Assembly (NCBI GenBank): GCA_045106415.1
Contig: JBGCEP010000028.1
Coordinates: 32,001 to 96,000, forward strand
DNA length: 64,000 nucleotides
From: Oligoflexales bacterium
Lineage (GTDB): Bacteria > Bdellovibrionota_B > Oligoflexia > Oligoflexales > Bog-1112
Reading direction: 5' to 3'
Part shown: positions 31,069 to 40,863 of the stretch, in pieces
Position numbering within the stretch: the first letter of the stretch is position 1
Layout of the letters: each line of letters begins with the position of its first letter
Made by a program: the position numbers and the translations under genes
Notes under the pieces: generated by a model
Seen by the model: the letters and a program-made list of their open reading frames with translations, nothing else
What the model was told of the DNA's origin: nothing
Databases searched by the model: none

Positions 31069-31572
31069 ATGTTAAAAAATTTTCTTGCTATTTTATGTAT
31101 CTTTGTAAGTCATCTTGCTTATGGGCTTAACTGCAGCGTCACCATTGAAGCTAATGATATGATGCGTTATAGCAGTGAAACCATGTCTATCAACAAAAAA
31201 TGCAAAAATGTTAAAGTGATTCTTAAAAATGTGGGCAAACTTCCTAAGGTTGCTATGGGGCATAATTGGGTTCTATCAAAGACATCAGATATGCAAGCTG
31301 TTTCAACAGAGGCTTTAAAAGCAGGTGCAGCAAAAGAATACACTCCCGAAGGCTCTAAAGTTATTGCAAAAACAAAACTCCTAGGGGGTGGTGAGCAAGA
31401 TGAAGTGAGCTTTAATGTTGAAAAGTTAAATAAAGATGAACAATACACCTATTTTTGCACATTCCCCGGTCATTCTTCTCTAATGAAGGGTACTTTTAAA
31501 TTCACAGAGACAGGAGAGTTACATGGCAAATCAAACCAAAAAACCAATGGAGATCACTCCCGAAAAGCTTGA
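31069..31572 (+). CDS. azu: Azurin (blue copper protein)
   Basis: Signal peptide; MGHNWVL and YFCTFPGHSSLMKG type-1 Cu ligands; N-terminal disulfide Cys pair. Confidence 0.95.
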   Translation: MLKNFLAILCIFVSHLAYGLNCSVTIEANDMMRYSSETMSINKKCKNVKVILKNVGKLPKVAMGHNWVLSKTSDMQAVSTEALKAGAAKEYTPEGSKVIAKTKLLGGGEQDEVSFNVEKLNKDEQYTYFCTFPGHSSLMKGTFKFTETGELHGKSNQKTNGDHSRKA

Positions 31573-31987
31573 TCGCCTGAAACGCATGTCAGCGGAAAAA
31601 CCAGGGTTGCAAACGCATCCTCACAATGTTGGTGCGTTTGCTATACAGCCTTTAGACGAAAATAAGTCTCGCTCTCAATCTTTGCTAGCTATGCAACAAC
31701 AAACTCAGATGCAGCTTAACCAGATTAATGAGCAGGTACAATCGCTAACAAAACAAGCTCTTAAGCTACAAAAGCGTTTTCAAGTTTCTCAACAGATTTA
31801 CACTGCTAAGATGAGTTTCAAGCCCATCATCGGACAAAGATATTATCTTTACGAAAATCTAAGTGAAAAATTATTTTTATCTATGATTTCTCCAGATGAG
31901 TGGGATCACAACTACCGCTTTATAAGTGCTGTTGAACTTCTTGCTGACCACACATGGCGTGTTTTAGATGACGACCTCATTTCTTAA
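31523..31987 (+). CDS. DUF2452-like protein
   Basis: AKMSFKPIIGQRYYLY, FLSMISPDEW, LLADHTW. Confidence 0.75.
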   Translation: MANQTKKPMEITPEKLDRLKRMSAEKPGLQTHPHNVGAFAIQPLDENKSRSQSLLAMQQQTQMQLNQINEQVQSLTKQALKLQKRFQVSQQIYTAKMSFKPIIGQRYYLYENLSEKLFLSMISPDEWDHNYRFISAVELLADHTWRVLDDDLIS

Positions 31988-31997
31988 GGAGAAGACA

Positions 31998-32168
31998 ATG
32001 CTCAATTGGCTACGACCAGACCCAGTGAAAAAACTTCAAAAGATATATGAAAAAAAATATGCAGAGGCAATTCAAGCGCAAAGAAATGGCAATATAGCAA
32101 AATACAGCCAATTGATCACTGAATCAGAAGAAATATGGAAAAAAATAAAAAGCTACCAACAAAAATAG
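31998..32168 (+). CDS. Small conserved protein (DUF6435-like)
   Basis: AAGGAG RBS; DPVKKLQKIY...AIQAQRNGNI. Confidence 0.7.
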   Translation: MLNWLRPDPVKKLQKIYEKKYAEAIQAQRNGNIAKYSQLITESEEIWKKIKSYQQK

Positions 32169-32193
32169 TTTAAAACAAGACAAAGGAGGAAAT

Positions 32194-33591
32194 ATGCTAA
32201 AAGTCTGTATCACAGGTGCTACTGGATTTATTGGGAAAAACCTCCTTTCGTCTTTAAAACAATATGACGATATAGAAATCATTGCCTTAAGTCGTAAAAT
32301 CTCTCCAATGATGGATGGAGCTTCAAAAGGAAATATCGTATGGAAAAGATGCAATGGTTTTTCTTTACTTGATGTGGAAAAAGCAACAGAAGGAGTTGAC
32401 ATACTCGTTTATCTTATCCACTCAATGGTACCATCTTCATCGCTTTCTCAAGGAAAATTCTCAGACTTTGACCTTTTCTTAGCTGATAACTTTGCTAAGG
32501 CAGCAAAAAAAAATGGTGTCAAAAAAATCATTTATCTCAGCGGATTTATTCCTGAAGATGAGAAGCTTTCAGCTCACTTACAAAGTCGACTTGAGGTTGA
32601 AAAGGCTCTTGCTCAATACGATAATAACTTATCTGTTTTACGCGCAGGTCTTATTGTAGGTCGTAATGGAAGTAGTTTCCGTATTTTAGAGCGACTTATA
32701 CGCCGTCTCCCCGTCTTAATTTGCCCATCATGGACTTTATCAAAAACTCAGCCTATTGATTTAAAAGATGTCCTCGCGAGCTTGGTTTATTGCCTTCGTC
32801 AGCCTGATCAAAATCCAAGCATCTCAGATATTGGTGGCCCCGACATCATGACTTATAAAGAAATGCTTCACTCAACAGCACTGATTCTGAATAAAAAAAG
32901 ACCTATTTTTAATGTCCCTGTGTTTTCTCCAAGCTTATCAAAATTGTGGGTTTCTAAAGTCACATCAGCATCACCTCAGCTCGTTTACCCTCTTGTAGAA
33001 TCTCTTAAACACAACATGATAGCTGATCCTAAAAAACAGCTTATCTTAAAAAATCATACATACACATCCTTCAAAGAGTCTTTAAAAAAAGGCATTAATC
33101 CACATGAAGAAGGCTTTGTTCACCGTATCATTAACTATAATGCAAATATCAATTTACACTGGTTAGAAAACGTAACTTCAATACAGCGTATACCGAACCC
33201 TCTTGGGCATTCAGCAGAGTACGCGGCTATTCAATATTTTTCTTGGCTACCTCAATTTTTAAAAACTTTTATAAATATAGAAAAAATCAACAACCAAGTT
33301 AATTTTTATCTCTCTTCAAAAATACTCCTTCTCAGGTTGGAAAAAAAGATGGAACGAAGCACAAAGACAAGAGTTCTTTATTATATAAAAGGAGGTATCC
33401 TAGCCCGAGACAACACTCTCAATGGACGGCTAGAATTTAGAAACATTCCATGTTCTCAGGATATTTTGATTTCTCTTCTTGACTTCAGACCTTCTTTACC
33501 TTGGTTTATCTACAAATATACCCAAGCACTTATCCACATCTTTACCATGAATTATTTTCATAGACATTGGGTTAAAAAATTTACGTGTTAG
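32194..33591 (+). CDS. NAD(P)-binding atypical SDR/epimerase (YbjT-like)
   Basis: TGATGFIG, YLIHSM, SAHLQSRLEVE, RAGLIVG. Confidence 0.85.
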   Translation: MLKVCITGATGFIGKNLLSSLKQYDDIEIIALSRKISPMMDGASKGNIVWKRCNGFSLLDVEKATEGVDILVYLIHSMVPSSSLSQGKFSDFDLFLADNFAKAAKKNGVKKIIYLSGFIPEDEKLSAHLQSRLEVEKALAQYDNNLSVLRAGLIVGRNGSSFRILERLIRRLPVLICPSWTLSKTQPIDLKDVLASLVYCLRQPDQNPSISDIGGPDIMTYKEMLHSTALILNKKRPIFNVPVFSPSLSKLWVSKVTSASPQLVYPLVESLKHNMIADPKKQLILKNHTYTSFKESLKKGINPHEEGFVHRIINYNANINLHWLENVTSIQRIPNPLGHSAEYAAIQYFSWLPQFLKTFINIEKINNQVNFYLSSKILLLRLEKKMERSTKTRVLYYIKGGILARDNTLNGRLEFRNIPCSQDILISLLDFRPSLPWFIYKYTQALIHIFTMNYFHRHWVKKFTC

Positions 33592-35029
33592 ACTTCGGCA
33601 GCAATTTATACCGTTCCAAAGCTTTTGCACGGGCTGTTTTATGATCAACAATAGGCCTAGGATAGTCACAACCTAGTGTGACTCCGTAGTTCGCTAACTC
33701 TAAAGTAGTCAGTTCCCAAGGCTTATGAATCCATTTTAAAGGTATTTTAGATAGCTCAGGGCACCACTTACGAATATAATCACCTGATTGATCAAATTTT
33801 TCCCCTTGAGTGATGGGATTAAAAATTCTAAAGAAAGGGGATGCGTCTGGTCCGCAACCCGCTGTCCATTGCCACCCTTGAGTATTACTCGCTAAATCCG
33901 CATCAACTAGCGTATTCCAAAACCACCTAGCTCCTTCTTGCCACGGAATATTGAGATGTTTAATAAGAAAAGAAGCAACAATCATACGAACTCTATTATG
34001 CATCCATCCTGTATTCCACAGTTCCCTCATACCAGCATCGACTATTGGATAACCTGTATTCCCTGAGCACCATAAATCAAACCAATTTGCATTTTTTTTC
34101 CATGGGAAATCTTTAAATTGCTTTTTCAGTGGCTCATCTGGCAATAAAGGAAAAAAATACAAGAGGTGATATGCAAACTCTCTCCAGACAATTTCTTTAC
34201 AAAATTGAATAATATTTTCATTTTTTATTCTAGACAAAGGACCATATTCTTTTTCTACAGCATCTAAAATAGACCGCGGATGAATTTCTCCAAAATGTAA
34301 ATAAGGGCTTAAGCTCGATGTCCCGGAGACCGCAGGAAAATCTCTTTTATCATGGTAACTTTCAATTCCAGATTGGATAAAATTTTTCAAAGCTTTTTTT
34401 GCATTTTTTTCACCAGGTTTCCAAATAAAAAATCCTGTATCCCATGGTATCGTAGGCAATAATTTCAAGCTTTCTACTCTAAGGCTTTGCGCAACCCCCT
34501 CTGGAGAGGGCGAAAGACCCCTCTTCTTATTTTTTGGAAACGACCTATATTTTTTTAGAAAGTTCCTCCAAAAAGGTGTGTAAACAAGGTATGGGCTTCC
34601 ATCCGATTTGAGCAGATCAGCAGGTTCTTTTAAAAGAGAACCTGCACAAGCTGTCCACGGTATATCGCGTTTTTCAAATTCTTTGATAGCTTCTTTCACT
34701 TGATTTTTTGAACTCGGATCATAATTCCTATTCCAGAACACAGCTTGAATATCAATCTTCTCAAAAATATCTGAAAAAACATGCTGCCCTTGACCTTCCA
34801 TAATAAATAAATTAGATCCTTGTTTTTGAAGAGAGTCTTGGTACTCAACAAGACTATGGTGAAGCCACCAGCAACTCGCCTCACCTGGAGGCCATTCTTT
34901 TTTCACGTCATGTATAAAGACTGGCAAAACATATTCATATTCACTTGCTTCTATAAGAGCTTGATTCTCGTCAATCCGAAAATCATTCCGGACCCAAACA
35001 AGAGCCGTTCCTTTTTTTTTCATTGCCAT
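33581..35029 (-). CDS. phrB: Deoxyribodipyrimidine photolyase (CPD photolyase family)
   Basis: WVRNDFRIDEN, TSSLSPYLHFG, TGYPIVDAGMREL, MHNRVRM, FRIFNP. Confidence 0.95.
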   Translation of the reverse strand: MAMKKKGTALVWVRNDFRIDENQALIEASEYEYVLPVFIHDVKKEWPPGEASCWWLHHSLVEYQDSLQKQGSNLFIMEGQGQHVFSDIFEKIDIQAVFWNRNYDPSSKNQVKEAIKEFEKRDIPWTACAGSLLKEPADLLKSDGSPYLVYTPFWRNFLKKYRSFPKNKKRGLSPSPEGVAQSLRVESLKLLPTIPWDTGFFIWKPGEKNAKKALKNFIQSGIESYHDKRDFPAVSGTSSLSPYLHFGEIHPRSILDAVEKEYGPLSRIKNENIIQFCKEIVWREFAYHLLYFFPLLPDEPLKKQFKDFPWKKNANWFDLWCSGNTGYPIVDAGMRELWNTGWMHNRVRMIVASFLIKHLNIPWQEGARWFWNTLVDADLASNTQGWQWTAGCGPDASPFFRIFNPITQGEKFDQSGDYIRKWCPELSKIPLKWIHKPWELTTLELANYGVTLGCDYPRPIVDHKTARAKALERYKLLPKSNT

Positions 35030-35039
35030 TCAATATCCC

Positions 35040-35984
35040 TTAAACATGATTTCTTAAACTTAAATCAGTTGGATGCGGATTTAGATAATATTGGTTTTTG
35101 ATATATGCAACGTTATGTAATTTGGCATAATGCTGTAATAGAGTCATCGGCACAATTAAAGGATGAACACCTTGATGATAGTACTCAATAACCTCTAAAA
35201 CAGATTGTTTTTCTTCTTTAGATAAAAACTTTTTAAAAAAACCGAGAATATGAAGTAGAGCATCGGTATTTTTTCGCGTTGTGGTTTTAATAGACAAAGC
35301 CGTCATATAGAGCTCAGAATATTCTTCAATAAAATCTTTTGATTTATAATCAGCTATTTTCGCAACAAGGTGTCCAAGCTCTGTGTATAATCCCCGGCCT
35401 CTTGCAAGTAGTAGGTATTTATTGTTTTGGTGGAAATCAACCCAGTCACCTCTTTTAAATCTTTGACCACAAAGCTCTTGTAGGCGGTGATACCCAAAAA
35501 CCCTCTCAATAAAATTTTCTCTAATTTTATAATCATTTAATCTCCCCTCTTCTTCGATGGGAATTAAAGGCCACTGCTTTTGAAATTCTTTAGAAAAAAG
35601 ACCCATACCATCAGGCAATGGAATACCTGTTTTCTCTTGATAAACCTTCACACGAAATGCTCCACACGAGGGAGAACCTTTTTTAAATAAATATCCAGAT
35701 AAACCATGAAGTTTCTGAACTCTTTTTTTGCTATAAGTATTCATAGCACTTGTCCAATCTTCACCGGAACGGGGTTCTATCATGGAAGGTTGATGAATAT
35801 CCCCAACCAAACGCACACTTTTACGAGGCACTCCCATTCCAACCTCTAACTCAGGACAGACAGGGACATATTTAAAGTATTTACCTAAAATTTCGTTGAT
35901 ATACCAATGTCTCTTGTGTTGAGCATCAAATCTGACTTTTTCACCCAATAAACAACTCGACACACCAATCATAATATCATTCAT
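35040..35984 (-). CDS. DUF523 plus DUF1722 fusion (YbgA-like; thiouracil desulfidase-type Fe-S domain)
   Basis: GVSSCLLGEKVRFD, VCPE, SPSCG, EEEGRLND, YLNPHP. Confidence 0.9.
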   Translation of the reverse strand: MNDIMIGVSSCLLGEKVRFDAQHKRHWYINEILGKYFKYVPVCPELEVGMGVPRKSVRLVGDIHQPSMIEPRSGEDWTSAMNTYSKKRVQKLHGLSGYLFKKGSPSCGAFRVKVYQEKTGIPLPDGMGLFSKEFQKQWPLIPIEEEGRLNDYKIRENFIERVFGYHRLQELCGQRFKRGDWVDFHQNNKYLLLARGRGLYTELGHLVAKIADYKSKDFIEEYSELYMTALSIKTTTRKNTDALLHILGFFKKFLSKEEKQSVLEVIEYYHQGVHPLIVPMTLLQHYAKLHNVAYIKNQYYLNPHPTDLSLRNHV

Positions 35985-36016
35985 ATGCTTCCATTTCGTG
36001 TTGATATACTATTATC

Positions 36017-36784
36017 TTACCAAGGTAACTTTTCACCATCCCAGGAAAAAAAAGAACCTGATTCTTTTATTGTACATTTTTGTATAACCTGCAGCATGTT
36101 AATAGCAGTCTCACTTACTGTATGCACAATAAGGCTCGTTTTTTTTATATAAGGCTGCGAGAGATCTGTTTTGGTTGTACCTGGATGTAAACTCAAAACA
36201 ATGCATAATTTCTTTCTATTCAAGTATTCAATAGCAATATTTTTCAAAAACATATTCAAAGCTGCTTTAGACGCCCGATAGCCATACCAACCACCCAAAG
36301 AGTTATCTTCAATACTACCTACTTTTGCTGATAACGTTGCAAAAATTGATATTTTTTCTTTACTAAAAAAATCAATTGCATGCTTTGCAATAAGAGGAGT
36401 CGCAATGGCATTCACTCTAAAATATTCCATCAAATAATCTGGTTTAATTTGATTTAAACTTTTTTCTGGATGCATACTATCTTGATCAAGAATCCCAATA
36501 GCATTAATCAAACAGTCAATATAGACACATCGAGATGATACTCTCTCAAAAAAAGCGCGAATATCATTTTCAACAGTCATGTCATACTGAAAAATATAAA
36601 GACGGTCTTCATACTTTTCTTTCAGCAACAAAAGCTTACTTGCTTTTGTTGTCTTTCGAAAAGATGCAAAAACAATCATTTCATGGTGCACACCTAGTAA
36701 TTGCTCAGTCAGTGCACACCCGATACCATGCCCAGCACCCAAAACAACACCAACACGAGCCTCGCTCCAATCAAACTGACTCAT
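36017..36784 (-). CDS. Short-chain dehydrogenase (C-factor/CsgA-like)
   Basis: GAGHGIG, SAKVGSIEDN, YRASK, HPGTTKT; start uncertain (ORF open to 36868). Confidence 0.88.
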   Translation of the reverse strand: MSQFDWSEARVGVVLGAGHGIGCALTEQLLGVHHEMIVFASFRKTTKASKLLLLKEKYEDRLYIFQYDMTVENDIRAFFERVSSRCVYIDCLINAIGILDQDSMHPEKSLNQIKPDYLMEYFRVNAIATPLIAKHAIDFFSKEKISIFATLSAKVGSIEDNSLGGWYGYRASKAALNMFLKNIAIEYLNRKKLCIVLSLHPGTTKTDLSQPYIKKTSLIVHTVSETAINMLQVIQKCTIKESGSFFSWDGEKLPW

Positions 36785-36887
36785 TTGAGGCCTTCTGCTG
36801 AATAAGTATCTCCTCATAGAGGTAAACCTCAATAAGAAACTCTCGATAGAAACAAAGCACCGATACAAAACATAAAAAAAACACAGA

Positions 36888-37280
36888 CTACCTCATATGA
36901 CATTGATCATCACATTTTTTCTTAGGGAGATAAGGCCTCAAATTTGCAAAAACAAGATAACCCACATTCATCAATGGTCGTATCACTCTGTTCTTAGCAC
37001 ACCATATCCCATATGGAAAAATTTCTAGCGTTTCCCAAATTTGTACAAAAGCATCCACCCCGGAACACAACTCATTTTTTGCGCTCTTTATATGGAAAAA
37101 TTTATTCACCAACTTAGGATCAAGCCCTTCTTGTGTAGGGTCAAAACCAACAGCTGAAATATCCATCAATTTTAAGCGATCATATCGGTCTAGATTTTTA
37201 TAAACCTGCATTTCATGCTCACACAAAGGGCATGAACCATCATAATAGGCTGTCATTAAAGGTTTTTTCTTACTCATCAC
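36888..37280 (-). CDS. DCC1-like thiol-disulfide oxidoreductase (DUF393)
   Basis: YYDGSCPLC motif, GVDAFVQIW. Confidence 0.88.
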   Translation of the reverse strand: MMSKKKPLMTAYYDGSCPLCEHEMQVYKNLDRYDRLKLMDISAVGFDPTQEGLDPKLVNKFFHIKSAKNELCSGVDAFVQIWETLEIFPYGIWCAKNRVIRPLMNVGYLVFANLRPYLPKKKCDDQCHMR

Positions 37281-37286
37281 GCCCTC

Positions 37287-37310
37287 CGTGTTTAACTCAT
37301 GTTAAACGAT
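37287..37310. promoter_or_regulatory. Palindromic operator, copy 2
   Basis: cgtGTTTAA-ctcatg-TTAAACGAT next to the RBS of the photolyase operon. Confidence 0.7.
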
Positions 37311-37341
37311 TTAATTTTACATCAACTAACCTCAGCCAGCA

Positions 37342-37365
37342 ATCGTTTAATCACCATTAAACTAT
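37342..37365. promoter_or_regulatory. Palindromic operator, copy 3
   Basis: ATCGTTTAA-tcacca-TTAAACtAT. Confidence 0.75.
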
Positions 37366-37390
37366 TCGGTTTGACTATAAAAAACATTGA
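37364..37390 (-). promoter_or_regulatory. Sigma28 (FliA)-type promoter of the photolyase operon
   Basis: TCAAT-N16-CCGAAT; the -10 box abuts operator copy 3. Confidence 0.5.
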
Positions 37391-37461
37391 GTGTAAAAAT
37401 AAGTTTAAGCTTAAGTTCTTGTAATAACTTAAATATAAATCCTCTTCAGGAAGGCCATGGT

Positions 37462-37992
37462 ATGAACCCTCCCCCACACGTGCGAGAAGTTGCAGAATCT
37501 ATTGGTCAGTTCATAGAATACTGGGGTTTCAAACACATTCATGGCCGTATTTGGACAACCATTTTCCTCGCAAGAAACCCTATATCCAGCCCTGAAATCG
37601 TGGCTTCGTTAGGTGTTTCTAAAGGTCTTGTCAGCGTTGCTATCAACGAACTTATTCACTACGGTCTTATTACTAAAGCCAGCAAAACAATTCATGGGGG
37701 ACAAACATATTTAGCAACAGAAGATATTGGCTCTGTTATCCGAAATGTCTTAAGAGAACGAGAACTAAAACTTCTCAACGAGAATGAAAATAAACTTCAT
37801 TTACTCGCAGCGCACTCGGTTGAAGAGCTTGAAGGAGCCAATATATCCGTAAGTAAACTCAATGACCTCATAAGAATCACACAAGCTAACAAGAATTTAC
37901 TTACCACGCTTATTAGCAAAAATTTTCACACTCTAGAAAATTGGATTCAATTTATCAAAAAATCGCACCAAATCTTACGGTTACACAAATAG
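37462..37992 (+). CDS. GbsR/MarR-type winged-helix transcriptional regulator
   Basis: IGQFIEYWGFKHIHGRIW, EIVASLGVSKGLVSVAINEL; start moved to ATG 37462. Confidence 0.8.
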   Translation: MNPPPHVREVAESIGQFIEYWGFKHIHGRIWTTIFLARNPISSPEIVASLGVSKGLVSVAINELIHYGLITKASKTIHGGQTYLATEDIGSVIRNVLRERELKLLNENENKLHLLAAHSVEELEGANISVSKLNDLIRITQANKNLLTTLISKNFHTLENWIQFIKKSHQILRLHK

Positions 37993-38065
37993 CAAAAAAA
38001 TCACATCTATAATGACAACTATCTTTTTCTACCGCTGTCAGCTCAAAAGAACACGACTCTGGATA

Positions 38066-39016
38066 TTAAAATTCATTAGCTCTAAGCCATTGCTCTAGGC
38101 GATAAGCACTTTGCAGTGCTCCTTCAACTCTTCCTCCTTGATACCAGTCTCCGCAGGCACCTAATGAATGAGAAGCGTCCCACAGAAAAGGTTTTAAGCT
38201 TTCCCCAGACTGAATAGATGCGTAGCGCCAAAAATGGATTTTTTGGCTATAAACTTCTATTTTTTTATTCAAAAGACATGATAATTCTGTAGTAAGAGAT
38301 TTACACACTTGCCCTTCATCTCTTTGCTCAGAAGACCAAGATGGTGACCCATGTAAAATCCATTGATCTTTTTCTTGACCTGCATGATGAGCGACCCAAG
38401 ATAATGGTGAATTTTTAATAAAAGCGCCTACCCATGAGGTCTTATAACTAGGAGTTGTAAGCATCACTGCATAACATGGTGCAGCCTGAATATTTGGATA
38501 TACCAAGAGATCATGTGTCAATTTTGATGCCTGAGGAATGGGCGTTGTTACCACACAAAGATCAAAACCTTTTTCTTCTTGAGTATCACTCACAATCGAC
38601 CATGTACTCTGATCTTTTCGAAGCTCTTTCACTTCAAACTGAAGCCGACATGACACTGACCTTACCCAAAATTTTAAAAAACTGTTCATGTGAGGGCACC
38701 CAACATAACGAATACTATGGATAGCTTTTTCTGGTGGGTTTTCACGATTTTTATAAAATACAAGATCGTCAGAAAATTCTTTCACAGTACCTGCATCTAC
38801 TAACGGCTGAATATAATTTTGAATATCCTGATCTCTAATCGTAAAAAATTGGGCTCCATGGTGAAAAACATCACCAGAGTCATCCCTACGATTTGAACAA
38901 CGCCCGCCGACACCACGACTTTTTTCAAACAATGTGACATCAGCTTTCTCATGCAGAAGGTGTGATAGAAAACACCCACTAACACCTGCTCCAATAATAG
39001 CTATTTTAGGTTTCAT
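38066..39016 (-). CDS. Renalase-like NAD(P)/FAD-dependent oxidoreductase
   Basis: IIGAGVSG, FEKSRGVGGR, GAQFFT, WRYA, CGDW, VEGALQS. Confidence 0.9.
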   Translation of the reverse strand: MKPKIAIIGAGVSGCFLSHLLHEKADVTLFEKSRGVGGRCSNRRDDSGDVFHHGAQFFTIRDQDIQNYIQPLVDAGTVKEFSDDLVFYKNRENPPEKAIHSIRYVGCPHMNSFLKFWVRSVSCRLQFEVKELRKDQSTWSIVSDTQEEKGFDLCVVTTPIPQASKLTHDLLVYPNIQAAPCYAVMLTTPSYKTSWVGAFIKNSPLSWVAHHAGQEKDQWILHGSPSWSSEQRDEGQVCKSLTTELSCLLNKKIEVYSQKIHFWRYASIQSGESLKPFLWDASHSLGACGDWYQGGRVEGALQSAYRLEQWLRANEF

Positions 39017-39024
39017 ACAGTCAC

Positions 39025-39798
39025 CTAACTCCTAAGACCGTAGCCTTTTTTAAACAATATTAAATTTATAAAAAAGCATCCAAAATTCATACTGATCAAA
39101 ATCCAAAGACCATAATTCAAAGAAATGTCTGCCGCACCTAAAAAGCCGTATCGAAAACCATTCACCATATACACAATAGGATTAAAACAAGAAACCGTCT
39201 TCCAAAAAGGAGAAAGCTCTTCAATACTATAAAAAACCCCTCCTAAATAAGTAAGAGGTGTAAGAACAAATGTCGGAACAATATTAATATCATCAAACTT
39301 CCGAGCAAATAAAGCATTAATCAAACCAGCTTGTGCAAATAAACACGTTGTAAGCAGAGCGTGCAATACTAACATTGTATAAGAAAAAATTCTTATTTCA
39401 GCAAAGAACATTGACACAATCGAAACCAGAGATCCAACCAAAAGAGCTCTATACATCCCTCCTGCCACCCAACCACCAATGATAACAACACTACGAGCAG
39501 GGGAAACAAGAAGTTCTTCAACACTCTTTTGAAACTTTAAACTAAAAAAAGAAGAGCAAACATTCATATAAGAATTTGTAATCATTGTCATCATCACAAG
39601 CCCTGGCGCAATAAACTGCATATAACTTACACCATGAATCAACCCTATTCTTTCACCGATAAATTTTCCAAAAATTAAAAAATAAAGAGTTACCGTCACA
39701 ACTGGAGGAATAAGAGTCTGAATCCAAATCCTATTCACTCTAATCATTTCTTTTCTTAAGATACTACAAAAAACAATATAATTTTCGTATAAAGTCAT
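39025..39798 (-). CDS. yadH: ABC-2 permease (YadH)
   Basis: RIWIQTLIPP, YMQFIAPGL, KFDDINIVPTFVLTPLTYLGGVFYS. Confidence 0.9.
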   Translation of the reverse strand: MTLYENYIVFCSILRKEMIRVNRIWIQTLIPPVVTVTLYFLIFGKFIGERIGLIHGVSYMQFIAPGLVMMTMITNSYMNVCSSFFSLKFQKSVEELLVSPARSVVIIGGWVAGGMYRALLVGSLVSIVSMFFAEIRIFSYTMLVLHALLTTCLFAQAGLINALFARKFDDINIVPTFVLTPLTYLGGVFYSIEELSPFWKTVSCFNPIVYMVNGFRYGFLGAADISLNYGLWILISMNFGCFFINLILFKKGYGLRS

Positions 39799-40721
39799 GA
39801 TTTAACCTCAGGTTTATTACTATCAATCACACTCATGAAGAGTTCTTCTATGCGATTGGTTTTTGGCCTTACACCGAGAATTTTTAATTTTTTTTCATTT
39901 AAATAACTAAAAAGTAGATTCATATCAAAATCTGCATTGATTTCAACTTCAAGCTGCATTCCACTTGATAAAATAACACATCCTGGTATTTCAATATTTT
40001 GCTCCCAAGAACGATCTAAATCAATTAAATATTTCTGGGTGTTCATTCTTGAAATTAAGTTGCGAACAGAGGTATCTTCTAACAAAGATCCTTGATTAAT
40101 AATAGCAACACGTTCACATAATTGTTCTACTTCCTCTAAGTAATGAGTTGTTAAAACAATTGTGCAGCCTCCTTTATTTAAATCAACTACAAAGTCCCAA
40201 ATATCCCTTCGTATCTCAACATCAACCCCTGCAGTTGGTTCATCGAGTATCAAAATTTTAGGGTGATGCATCATCGCTCTTGCTATCATTAAACGGCGTT
40301 TCATACCTCCAGATAAGTTACGTGAAATTTCATCTCTCTTATCCCATAAATGAAGCTTTTTCAGCCATTTTTCAGCTCGAGGGCGAGCCTCTTTCGCAGG
40401 GATACCGTAATAACCAGCTTGAGTCATTACAATATCCATCACTCTTTCAAACACATTTAAGTTAAACTCTTGTGGGACAAGACCTAATAGCCGGCGGACA
40501 TCCTCAGGGTTTTTATCTAAGTCAAACCCCCCGACCTTAACCTTTCCCCGACTTTTATTCACCAAGCTTGAAATAATGCCTATTAATGTTGATTTACCCG
40601 CCCCATTCGGCCCTAAAACAGCATAAAAAGAACCCTCAGGAATCAAAAGACTCACACCTTTTAAAGCTTGAACGCCACCCTTATACGTTTTCGCAACATC
40701 TATTAATTCAACTGCACCCAT
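39795..40721 (-). CDS. yadG: ABC-2 ATP-binding protein (YadG)
   Basis: [35 protein letters not shown]. Confidence 0.9.
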   Translation of the reverse strand: MGAVELIDVAKTYKGGVQALKGVSLLIPEGSFYAVLGPNGAGKSTLIGIISSLVNKSRGKVKVGGFDLDKNPEDVRRLLGLVPQEFNLNVFERVMDIVMTQAGYYGIPAKEARPRAEKWLKKLHLWDKRDEISRNLSGGMKRRLMIARAMMHHPKILILDEPTAGVDVEIRRDIWDFVVDLNKGGCTIVLTTHYLEEVEQLCERVAIINQGSLLEDTSVRNLISRMNTQKYLIDLDRSWEQNIEIPGCVILSSGMQLEVEINADFDMNLLFSYLNEKKLKILGVRPKTNRIEELFMSVIDSNKPEVKS

Positions 40722-40863
40722 AGGGCATCTCCATTTTTGTAAGAACCTATAAAAGATAGCAAAACTTAAAAAATTTCGCTCACAAAATAAAGGTGATTGA
40801 CCAAGCAGCCAACTTTTGATACTCGGTATACAGATAAAATATGACTATGATAGGGAGAGCTCC

